A stretch of 64,000 bases of DNA. Origin: Gemmatimonas sp. Its GTDB lineage: Bacteria > Gemmatimonadota > Gemmatimonadetes > Gemmatimonadales > Gemmatimonadaceae. Both the position numbers and the translations under genes were made by a program. The stretch lies in NCBI GenBank assembly GCA_031414535.1, contig JANNVQ010000040.1:69927-133926 (forward strand). Direction: 5' to 3'. This document shows, in pieces, positions 40,509-48,211 of this stretch. Below the pieces are notes generated by a model. The model ran no database searches, was not told the DNA's origin, and worked only from the letters and a program-made list of their open reading frames with translations. The stretch's first letter is position 1. Each line of letters opens with the position of its first letter.

Positions 40509-40946
40509 TTGGCTACCGATCCGCTTCTAGAGCACGCTCGCGAGATTGCCCGCCACGCAGTGACGAAATCGAGCGCGCGCGGGATCGCGGCTGAGATCGG
40601 AATCAGCCACCCGACGCTGCTCGACTTCATCGCAGAGGGATCGACCAGGACCCCGCACGGGCCCGGCCGCGCGAAGATTGTGGCGTGGGCCGAGTTGCGA
40701 GGCGCTGAGGACCCGACGCGCGAGAGCGTGGCCTTCTACCGAGGGAAGCAGGAAGCGCTGCTCGGCATGATGTCCTATGTGATGGAGCAACAGGCTGAGA
40801 TCGGCCAATTCCTCGCGACCCTACGCACCGGCAGCGATCGGCGCCCTAGCCCATCGCTCGAACAAGCCGCAGACGAGGCCGAAGTGTTGCGGCAACTGCC
40901 CGCTCTACCGCCGCTCGCGAAGAAGAAGGGCAAGCGCCCGGCGTGA
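40509..40946 (+). CDS. HTH prophage repressor-like protein without S24 peptidase domain
   Basis: SARGIAAEIGISHPTLLDFI HTH; divergent from RHH gene; TTG start uncertain. Confidence 0.7.
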   Translation: MATDPLLEHAREIARHAVTKSSARGIAAEIGISHPTLLDFIAEGSTRTPHGPGRAKIVAWAELRGAEDPTRESVAFYRGKQEALLGMMSYVMEQQAEIGQFLATLRTGSDRRPSPSLEQAADEAEVLRQLPALPPLAKKKGKRPA

Positions 40947-41133
40947 GGATGATGGGCTCGAGCACGCCGGTGTTCAGGCCCACGAGGAGGATGCCGGGAT
41001 CGATGGCCACATGGCGGGTGAGCACGTGTGGCGACACCGAGTCGTTCGCATAGAAGGTGAGGAGGTCCCCGCGCCGCACCTCCGTGTACTCCAGGTCCTG
41101 CAGTGCCCGTAGGCGATACGTCACGTCCGACAC
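40846..41133 (-). CDS. Hypothetical protein overlapping the repressor 3' end in antisense
   Basis: AAGGAGG RBS + GTG; upstream TTGCGG-N16-TACATT. Confidence 0.55.
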   Translation of the reverse strand: MSDVTYRLRALQDLEYTEVRRGDLLTFYANDSVSPHVLTRHVAIDPGILLVGLNTGVLEPIILTPGACPSSSRAAVERAVAATLRPRLRLVRAMG

Positions 41134-41282
41134 CGTCCCCTCCTTCGGTTTCTGTTCGGAATGTAAAGTGCACCCCTGACACCGCAAGCTTGCCCTAGGC
41201 TTCTGGCGAACCGCCATCACCTCGTTGCACGTTGTGTCGTTCTTTGACAGCCATCGAACCACGCCGTCTGGAGGAAGCTCAC

Positions 41283-41513
41283 GTGAATCAGTCCGATTTG
41301 CAGCGACTACAGTCCGAGGCCTACACACTGCTCACCGCTCAGGAAGCTGACTCTGAGAACGCGACCCGTCGCGAGGAGTTGCTCGCCGACGCCCGAGAGC
41401 AACGTTTGCTGACCATCATCAACGAGGCGGTCTACTTCGGTACCATCAAGGCCCACCTCACCTTGGCCGTGCTCGGCGGATTGGCGTGGGCCGCCCTGAC
41501 TCAGGTGTTCTGA
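41283..41513 (+). CDS. Small protein with C-terminal TM helix
   Basis: GGAGG RBS; TGATG coupling to exonuclease. Confidence 0.7.
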   Translation: MNQSDLQRLQSEAYTLLTAQEADSENATRREELLADAREQRLLTIINEAVYFGTIKAHLTLAVLGGLAWAALTQVF

Positions 41514-42568
41514 TGGCGCAGTCCATTCACGACATGCCGCTGGGAAGCACGCCCGTCGCGATCCTGGACTTCGAAACCACGGGCCTCTCTCCGAAGACCG
41601 GCGCACGCGTGGTAGAGATTGCGGTCGTGAAGGTGCTGCCGGGCAAGGGCGCGCACCTCGTGCTCGACACCCTCGTGGATCCACAGGGCCCCGTGCATGC
41701 GTCCCGCATCCACGGCATCTACGATGACGACGTGATCGGCGCGCCCTACTTCGCCGACGTGGCTCCGAAGCTCGTGCAGGAGTTGAGCGGCTGCGTGGTG
41801 ATGGCATACAACGCGAGCTTCGACATGTCCTTCCTTGAAGCGGAGCTCGCGTACGCCGCGCGGCGGGCCGCGTCACCGGTGCAGGTCCCCTACGCGTGCC
41901 TGATGTACATGCGTCCCGCGCTCGGCGTCGGCAAGCGGGTCGGACTGCACGATGCCTGCAGCGCAGCGCGCTTGGCCATTCCCGATCACCGCGCCGCGCA
42001 CGACGCGCTCGCCGGAGCTGCGCTGTGGCAGTATCTCCGCAGCTTTGCCTCCGACGCGGGGCTCCAAACGTTTGGCGACATCGCCGCGCGCAAGGAATAC
42101 AAGTTCATGGAGAGCTGGGCGCTCGACTGCATCGCGGCCGACGCGGCGCAGGCCGTTGCGACCACCGCGCGCGCGGTTCCGTTCAAGCCGCGGCTCGCAC
42201 CCATCATGTACCCTGACCACGGCGACGTCTCCGCGCGCACGTCGACGAGCGAAGCGGACTCTCAAGCCCGCGAGCGCGCGCGTGGACGGGCGCCACGGCT
42301 CGCGAGCTATTTGCAGGCGCTCGTCGATGCGTTCGCCGACGCGGCGGTGACGGAGGCGGAGATCCACGAGCTGGTCGCCATCCGAACAGCGATGGACCTC
42401 ACGCCCGGCGAGATGCGATCGGTGCACGCTGACTTCTACGCCAGCGCACTCAAGGCCAGCATCGCAGATGGGTTCGTGTCGCATCAGGAATCGGCAAACA
42501 TCGCGCAGCTCGCAGAAGCCCTTCGGCGAGTAGGCTGGGCACCTGGCGACCTCTCCTCTCCGTCGTAG
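41513..42568 (+). CDS. DEDDh 3'-5' exonuclease (DnaQ-like) with TerB-like C-terminal domain
   Basis: LDFETTG, YNASFD, HRAAHDA; C-terminal AFADAAVTEAE / IADGFVSHQE repeats. Confidence 0.88.
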   Translation: MAQSIHDMPLGSTPVAILDFETTGLSPKTGARVVEIAVVKVLPGKGAHLVLDTLVDPQGPVHASRIHGIYDDDVIGAPYFADVAPKLVQELSGCVVMAYNASFDMSFLEAELAYAARRAASPVQVPYACLMYMRPALGVGKRVGLHDACSAARLAIPDHRAAHDALAGAALWQYLRSFASDAGLQTFGDIAARKEYKFMESWALDCIAADAAQAVATTARAVPFKPRLAPIMYPDHGDVSARTSTSEADSQARERARGRAPRLASYLQALVDAFADAAVTEAEIHELVAIRTAMDLTPGEMRSVHADFYASALKASIADGFVSHQESANIAQLAEALRRVGWAPGDLSSPS

Positions 42569-42664
42569 CGCGCGTGATTCCGATGCCTCTGGCGCGGTGC
42601 GGATGACGCGGCCGTCACCGATTCACCCCATGGGTGAAGCTCCCTTCTGCCAGGAGCTGCCCCG

Positions 42665-42853
42665 ATGTGCACCCCGTCTGAGTCGTCCGAGCATGTGCTA
42701 GACCGCTTTGCCTACCCGCTCGTCCACCTGCCCGGCTGGGTCGCGCTCTATACGCTCGAGCGCCAGAACGGCGCCGTCCGCCTGGTGTGGGATGGCCTCG
42801 CACCCGCATCTCGCATTCCCCCCGACTACTTCCTTGAACCGCCGCCGCGCTAA
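42665..42853 (+). CDS. Small hypothetical protein with structured leader
   Basis: AGGAG RBS; stops 3 nt before the tcmP start. Confidence 0.5.
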   Translation: MCTPSESSEHVLDRFAYPLVHLPGWVALYTLERQNGAVRLVWDGLAPASRIPPDYFLEPPPR

Positions 42854-42856
42854 GCG

Positions 42857-43750
42857 ATGCCCGTCGACAATACTCCAGTCATAGCGAACGACGGCCTTCC
42901 CGCACGAGCCGCGGGAGAATGGGCGCGCGACAAGCTCGCCGTGCTCGCCTCGTATCTGCCGCCCGCTCTCACCGTGACGAAGAAGCTCGACCACCGCGTG
43001 TACATTGACGCCTTCGCGGGTCCTGGCCTCAACCGCACCGACAACGGCACCGAGTTCGAGGGGTCGCCTCTTCTGGCGTTGACGGCGCGCGGCCAAGGAC
43101 CACGCGCGCTCACGTTTACGCGAGTGGAGCTGATCACGTTCGAGGACTGGGAGTACCACGCACTGCAAGCACGCATCGCGACGGCGCGAGCGGCGAACCG
43201 AATCGTCGTGCCAGCCGCCGGCGTCTGCCATCATCATGGAGACGCGAACGAGAAGCTGCTCAAGGTGCTCGCTGACGTGCCGCGACAGAGTGCCTACGCT
43301 CTGGTCGTCGCTGACATCACGAGCCAGCGCCAACTCCCCTTCCGGACGTTAGAGGCTATTCGGTCGCTCCAGCACCGGGCAATCGACCTTTACGTGCTCT
43401 TCCCGCTCGAGATGTCCGTCATGCGAGCACTGCAATGGGACGGTGCGGATCCAGCGCAGCAGCACGCGCACCTCGATGCGTACTTCGGCACCACTGAGTG
43501 GCGCGAGATCTACGCGGCTCGCAAGTCGAGTGGCCAGTCAGCCGAACTGAAGCAGGCGCTGATTGATCTCTACGCGCGGCAGCTGCGCACGCTCTGGCGC
43601 CACGTCGATGTCGTCGCGGCGCCCGGGAAGTCCGAAAGCCTGAAGTACTACCGGATGCTCTTCGCCACCGACAACGACGCGGCCGCTCGGATCGTGCGCG
43701 GAGCCGCCAAACGCCCCACCACTGCCGACGCGCAGCTCGGCCTGTTCTGA
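42857..43750 (+). CDS. tcmP: Three-Cys-motif partner protein (SAM-binding methyltransferase-like fold)
   Basis: WARDKLAVLASYL, YIDAFAGPG, GSPLLAL, HGDANE, YFGTTEW, YRMLFAT; adjacent to DUF5131. Confidence 0.85.
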   Translation: MPVDNTPVIANDGLPARAAGEWARDKLAVLASYLPPALTVTKKLDHRVYIDAFAGPGLNRTDNGTEFEGSPLLALTARGQGPRALTFTRVELITFEDWEYHALQARIATARAANRIVVPAAGVCHHHGDANEKLLKVLADVPRQSAYALVVADITSQRQLPFRTLEAIRSLQHRAIDLYVLFPLEMSVMRALQWDGADPAQQHAHLDAYFGTTEWREIYAARKSSGQSAELKQALIDLYARQLRTLWRHVDVVAAPGKSESLKYYRMLFATDNDAAARIVRGAAKRPTTADAQLGLF

Positions 43751-43752
43751 GA

Positions 43753-44502
43753 CTAGGCGGTACGCTCGAGCTCCACCGGATACTCGTCCCACGTGCGGCC
43801 GTCGAGCTCGCGGCCGCCTGCCTTGGGTGTGTAGCCGCCCCACTGCTTCCAGAAGAAGTGCACGCCTTCGCGCTCGCACTTATCGCGAAGCGTCCGGGCC
43901 CAGTCGATGTCGACCGGCCGAGCACCGGCGCCGCTCTCGCCGCCACCGATGACCCAGTGGATGCCGTCGAGGTTCAGGTCCTCGAGCGAGCCCAGCAGCG
44001 GCTCGGCCGAGATGAAACGAACGGCAGCAGGGATCCCACGCAGGGAGTCCGCGCGCTTCGCGACCTTCATGTCCTCGATCGACGCGCCCATCCAGATGTT
44101 CGGCGTCCACGAGAGCTCGTCCGCCAGGCGCAGTGCACGCTCCGGCCGCTTCGTCAGCACCTGAAACTGGTGGTGCTCCGCCAGGTTCATCACCGTGAAC
44201 ACCTGCTGTATCTGCTCGAGCGAGAATTGCGCATGGAACACATCGCTCATCGAGTTGACGAAGATGCGCCGCGGCTCCTTCCAGCGCAGCGGCCACTCAA
44301 GGCGCTCTGGCCAGAAGCGCGGCGCGAACGGATCCGCCCGGTTCTCGGCCGTGTCCTTCACCGGGAGCTGCCGCAGGTACTGCTCGCGCGTGCGCCGGTG
44401 CGCGACCGTATGCGCGTAGCAGTGGTCACACCCGGCCGAGATCTTCGTGCAGCCGGTCATGGGGTTCCAGACCTCGTCGGTCCATTCGATTGCGGTGGCC
44501 AT
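43753..44502 (-). CDS. DUF5131 (phage Gp37/Gp68) three-Cys radical-SAM-like protein
   Basis: IEWTDEVWNP.TGCTKISAGCDHCYA, FVNSMSD.FH, LTKRPER, SAEPLLG, WVIGGGESG, FWKQWGG. Confidence 0.95.
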   Translation of the reverse strand: MATAIEWTDEVWNPMTGCTKISAGCDHCYAHTVAHRRTREQYLRQLPVKDTAENRADPFAPRFWPERLEWPLRWKEPRRIFVNSMSDVFHAQFSLEQIQQVFTVMNLAEHHQFQVLTKRPERALRLADELSWTPNIWMGASIEDMKVAKRADSLRGIPAAVRFISAEPLLGSLEDLNLDGIHWVIGGGESGAGARPVDIDWARTLRDKCEREGVHFFWKQWGGYTPKAGGRELDGRTWDEYPVELERTA

Positions 44503-44642
44503 GTTCAGGGGGGTCAGGTGGGTGCTCGTAATAGACGCGCGAGGCAGCCTCCTCGCCACCGTCCCGCAAGCCGACCGTCCCTGGCCCGGGTCACTGCCCT
44601 AGGCCACGTGACGGCCGACCCAGCACGGCAGTAGCTTGAGGC

Positions 44643-45332
44643 ATGAAGACTCTTCAAGTTGCGACCGACACTCTAGGTAGCTGGGGAGAATTGCTGCGCC
44701 CAACCAACCCTGGAGAGTTCTGGGACATGGCTGGCGCGCTGCTCGCCTTGGCCGTTCTCATCGTCTCTGGGTATGGCCTGAACGCCATCAGAGTCGCGAA
44801 GAAGGATATGCGGGACCGCGCCGAGCGCGAGACGAAGTCTCGAGCGATTGATCGATGCAGGGAGATGCGCGAGGTTCTTTTTCCGATGCACGGGACCATG
44901 CTCGCCATGCTTCGACATGCGAACATCGAGCTCTTCATCAAGGAGGCGACGCAGGTCACGTTTGATGAGAAGGAGTCGAAGGTCAAGCTCGCGGAAGCCA
45001 CTGCATGGGTAGGTGCGCTTCCCCCGGAGATCAAGGGACAAGCGACGAACGTGATGAACGCGCTGGAGTGCTGGGCCATGTGCTTCACCAATGGCCTTGC
45101 GGACGCGAAAGTCGCCGGGGCGCCATGCTCAGTGGCATATTGCCAGATGGTGGTCTCGCTGTACCCCTGCATTCTGTATCACCGCAACTTGAGCCCGACT
45201 AGCGGGCCGTACCAGAATCTCATAAACTTGTTCGAGGGGTGGTACGCGCCGAAGATACAGGCGAATCTCCTCGCTCAGCTGGACCGGGCTGCAAAGCTCG
45301 CGAAGCTCCCGGACCCAATTGGAACGAAGTAG
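44643..45332 (+). CDS. Membrane-anchored moron protein, DUF4760-like
   Basis: N-terminal TM; MNALE.WA..GLAD...LYP.I..R...YQNL..L...W pattern; visibly more A/T-rich than flanks. Confidence 0.65.
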   Translation: MKTLQVATDTLGSWGELLRPTNPGEFWDMAGALLALAVLIVSGYGLNAIRVAKKDMRDRAERETKSRAIDRCREMREVLFPMHGTMLAMLRHANIELFIKEATQVTFDEKESKVKLAEATAWVGALPPEIKGQATNVMNALECWAMCFTNGLADAKVAGAPCSVAYCQMVVSLYPCILYHRNLSPTSGPYQNLINLFEGWYAPKIQANLLAQLDRAAKLAKLPDPIGTK

Positions 45333-45355
45333 TCTCCTCGTGCGTATGATTAACA

Positions 45356-45458
45356 AGGTCAGCTTCCCCGTTTATCGAGGCCCCAATATGACCATCGGTT
45401 TCTAGCTCCCACGTCGGCTTAGAGAAAGGCCCTGCCAAACGGCAGGGCCTTTGCTTTT
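45356..45458 (+). ncRNA. Candidate ~100-nt small RNA (or structured 3' UTR)
   Basis: TATGAT -10 at 45345-45350; two stem-loops with C-rich loops, then terminator. Confidence 0.3.
45425..45458. terminator. Bidirectional intrinsic terminator
   Basis: AAAGGCCCTGCC-aaac-GGCAGGGCCTTT-gctttt between convergent units. Confidence 0.85.
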
Positions 45459-45474
45459 GCGTACGTCCTGAACC

Positions 45475-46152
45475 TCAGTGGCAACCGAGCGCGCCGCCCA
45501 CGACGCCGACCGCCGCCCCGATAGCGGCGCCACCGGGCCCACCGGCCACGGTCCCCAACGCAGCCCCACCCGCACTCGAGCCCGCGACGCACGTGAGCTC
45601 GAGCGCACGCCGCAGCCAGGACCGCTGCCCCTCGAGCGCCTGCACCTGTCGGTCGCGCGCCTCGACAAGCTGCGCCACCGCCGTGTAGGTGATGGTCACA
45701 CGCGCCGAGATCTGCTCGAGCGGTCGAATCAGTGCGTCAGCCGCACGGCGCTCCGCCAGTACGAGCCGCTTGTAGGCCTCGGCCTCGCTGGCCATCCGCT
45801 CGAGCTCCGCGCGCGCAGTCTCCAGGGTGAGTGCCGAGTCCCGTGCCGCCGCCCGCGCGCGCCGGATCTGCACATCGAGCGATCGCGCGCCGGCGTCCGC
45901 CGCGGCGATCGCGGCCACGTGCGCGGCCGCCGCCCGCTGCGCCTCCGCCTGCAGGTCCTGCACCCGCTGCTTCTCGTGGACCAGCACGCGCTCGATCGAG
46001 TCCGCGCGCGCCCCTGCCGCTCGGGCCTCCGCGGCGAGGACCGACCGATCCGGCAGCAGCCGGCTGGCCACCAGCGCGAGCGCCGCGATGGCCAGCGAGA
46101 GGAGGATCAGCTGCACCGTCGCGCGCAGGTCCGGCAGCGCCGTGCGCGTCAT
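45475..46152 (-). CDS. Spanin-like protein: N-terminal TM, coiled coil, C-terminal glycine zipper
   Basis: Last gene of late operon; LILLSLAIAALALVA; GGAALGTVAGGPGGAAIGAAVGVVGGALG. Confidence 0.6.
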   Translation of the reverse strand: MTRTALPDLRATVQLILLSLAIAALALVASRLLPDRSVLAAEARAAGARADSIERVLVHEKQRVQDLQAEAQRAAAAHVAAIAAADAGARSLDVQIRRARAAARDSALTLETARAELERMASEAEAYKRLVLAERRAADALIRPLEQISARVTITYTAVAQLVEARDRQVQALEGQRSWLRRALELTCVAGSSAGGAALGTVAGGPGGAAIGAAVGVVGGALGCH

Positions 46153-46487
46153 GGCACCGGCGACGTGCGGCGCGACGTCATCTCCACCTCCAGCGGCTGT
46201 TGCTGGCGGTCGGGGTAGGTCTGCCCGTTCGGTGGGTCCACGATGCACTCGACGACGTAGACCTTGCCCAGCACGAGCTCGGCCGTTTCGAAGACGCGCT
46301 GCACGCGGCCGGCCGTCGGCGGCGTCTGAATGACGGTCGTGCCCGCCGTGATGCGGGTGTTCGTCGCGACGTCGCGGAGGATGATCTGCGCCGTGTGGCC
46401 GGTGAGGTCGAACGGCGCCCGCGGGGTGCCGAGCTGCATCACGAGCGGTTGGGCACTGTCTTCGATGTTGAAGGGCAGACGAGGCAT
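46149..46487 (-). CDS. BppU N-terminal-like Ig domain protein
   Basis: PFDLTG.TA.II.R...G.V...F....L..G.Y..E..V....TYP pattern. Confidence 0.65.
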   Translation of the reverse strand: MPRLPFNIEDSAQPLVMQLGTPRAPFDLTGHTAQIILRDVATNTRITAGTTVIQTPPTAGRVQRVFETAELVLGKVYVVECIVDPPNGQTYPDRQQQPLEVEMTSRRTSPVP

Positions 46488-46490
46488 CGG

Positions 46491-46643
46491 TTACTCCACG
46501 AAGGACGCCAGCGCGCGCGCCGGCACGAGAGAGGCCAGGGCGCGCGGCGGCACGAGCGACGCGAGCTCCGGGAGCGAGGGCGTCGTCGCGGGCGGCGGCG
46601 CCAGTACCGTGGTGGTCCAGGACCACAGATCGAAGAGCCACAT
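46491..46643 (-). CDS. 50-aa hypothetical protein with LASLVP repeats (absent from ORF track)
   Basis: TGATG coupling; MWLFDLWSW...ELASLVPPRALASLVPARALASFVE fills the gap exactly. Confidence 0.55.
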   Translation of the reverse strand: MWLFDLWSWTTTVLAPPPATTPSLPELASLVPPRALASLVPARALASFVE

Positions 46644-48211
46644 CAGACGGGATCCACTTCCGTGATGGGATCGCCCGCGGCCGTGGTCACGGTCGCGGTG
46701 TGATCCACGGTGGTGTCATCCTCGCGATAGACCGAGAGGACGCCGGCCGCGCTGCGCACGCGGTTGCGGAGGCGGCGCAGCGCCGAGGTGACCGTGCGCC
46801 CGCCGTTCGCGCCGCCGGCGATGCTGCGCCCGAGCAGCGCGTCGGCGTTGGCCACCGCGGTCGGCACGTCGGCCGGGGTGGCCCGCGTGGACACCGCCGC
46901 ATCGATGCGGCCCAGTTCCACCGTGAGCTCCGCGCGCACCTGGGCCGCCGAGAGATTGTTCTGCGCGGCGATCGCATTGGCGATGGCCGCGATCTCGGTG
47001 TCGATGTAGCCGGCCACCGTGGCGAGCAGGGCCTGCGTCGCGAGCCCGGCCTGCAGCTCCGTCGTGAGATCCGGCGCCGCCGCGGCCGCCGTCATCACGT
47101 TCGCGGCCATCGCGCCGACGCTCACGTCCATGCGGCCACCGACCAGCGCCGCCGGCACACGGGCTTGGAGATCCTGCGTGTCGGCCTCGATGGCATTCGC
47201 GCTGGCCTGCAGCGCCGCAATCTCGTTGTCGACCACGGTCAGTGCCGCCGCCGTGGCCAGCCCGCTCTGCAGTTCCGTGGTGAGGTCTGCCGCCGCAGCG
47301 GCCGCAGTCATCACGTTCGCGGCCATCGCGCCCACGCTCGCGTCCATGCGGCCACCCACGAGCGCCGCCGGCAGGCGCGTCTGGATGTTGTCCGTGTCGG
47401 CCTGGACGGTCGCGAGCGCGGCCGCCGTGGCGAGCCCCGCCTGCAGTTCCGTGGTCAGGTCCGGCGCCGCCGCCGCCGCGGTCATCACGTTCGCGGCCAT
47501 CGCGCCCACGCTCGCGTCCATGCGGCCACCGACCAGCGCCGCCGGCACACGCGCCTGGAGATCCTGCGTATCGACCTCGACGCGGTCGACGCTCGCCTGC
47601 AGCGTCGCGATCTCCGTGTCGATGTAGCCGGCCACCGTGCTGAGCGCCGCGGCCGTCGCAAGCCCCGCCTGCAGCTCGGTGGTCAGGTCGGCCGCGGCCG
47701 CCGCCGCGGTCATCACGTTGGCGGCCATCGCGCCGACGCTCGCGTCCATGCGGCCACCGACCAGCGCCGCCGGCAACCGCGTCTGGATGTTGTCGGTGTC
47801 CGCCTGCACCGCGGCGAGCTGTGTGTCGAGGTTGGCCGAGGCCAGCCCCACCGCCGTGCGCACGCTCGCGGCATTCACGTTCACCTCCGTGGAGAACACC
47901 TCCGCCGGTCCGACCTGCGCCGCCAACTTCGTCAACGCGCAGCCGCTCGGCGCGAGCGAGCCACGCACCAAGGCGCCGGCGGCCTGGTTCGATTCGGCCT
48001 GCGTGAGCTCCAGGTAGTACTCGCCCGTCGCCCCCGCGACCTTCACGATGTCATTGGTCGAGTTCGCGGGCGTGCCGCCGTCGATCGAGAGGGACACCTT
48101 CACGCCCGTGACGACGATGTCCTCCGGGGTGACCAAGTCGGTGGCGTCCACGAGGGTGAACGGGATGCGGCGCAGCGCCGCGGTGGCCGTGTTCGAGGGG
48201 ATGACGCGCAT
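46643..48211 (-). CDS. Repeat-rich putative fibre protein
   Basis: Four copies of R(L/V)PAALVGGRMDASVGAMAANVMTAAAAA(A/P)DLTTELQAGLAT joined by heptad linkers. Confidence 0.75.
   Translation of the reverse strand: MRVIPSNTATAALRRIPFTLVDATDLVTPEDIVVTGVKVSLSIDGGTPANSTNDIVKVAGATGEYYLELTQAESNQAAGALVRGSLAPSGCALTKLAAQVGPAEVFSTEVNVNAASVRTAVGLASANLDTQLAAVQADTDNIQTRLPAALVGGRMDASVGAMAANVMTAAAAAADLTTELQAGLATAAALSTVAGYIDTEIATLQASVDRVEVDTQDLQARVPAALVGGRMDASVGAMAANVMTAAAAAPDLTTELQAGLATAAALATVQADTDNIQTRLPAALVGGRMDASVGAMAANVMTAAAAAADLTTELQSGLATAAALTVVDNEIAALQASANAIEADTQDLQARVPAALVGGRMDVSVGAMAANVMTAAAAAPDLTTELQAGLATQALLATVAGYIDTEIAAIANAIAAQNNLSAAQVRAELTVELGRIDAAVSTRATPADVPTAVANADALLGRSIAGGANGGRTVTSALRRLRNRVRSAAGVLSVYREDDTTVDHTATVTTAAGDPITEVDPV
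47030..47790 (-). repeat. Four ~130-bp intragenic repeats in ABAB order
   Basis: Near-identical DNA copies of CATCACGTT(C/G)GCGGCCATCGCGCC..GCTC(G/A)CGTCCATGCGGCCACC. Confidence 0.85.

Noticed and set aside
41140..41165. CGAACAGAAACCG as a LexA box at the antisense ORF promoter
   Set aside because: Only a half match to GAAC-N4-GTTC, and the host's LexA motif is unknown to me
45362..45393. Loose resemblance to a solitary CRISPR repeat (RNA anti-CRISPR idea)
   Set aside because: Stem short and mismatched, no canonical 3' end; untestable without the host's CRISPR repeats
45395..45430. GGTTTCTAGCTCCCAC resembling a preQ1-I riboswitch
   Set aside because: P1 stem and A-rich tail missing; no downstream gene on that strand
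47030..47790. Near-identical repeats as a DGR template/variable pair or CRISPR array
   Set aside because: In-frame coding repeats with mostly synonymous differences, no adenine-specific pattern, no reverse transcriptase or cas genes, no unique spacers
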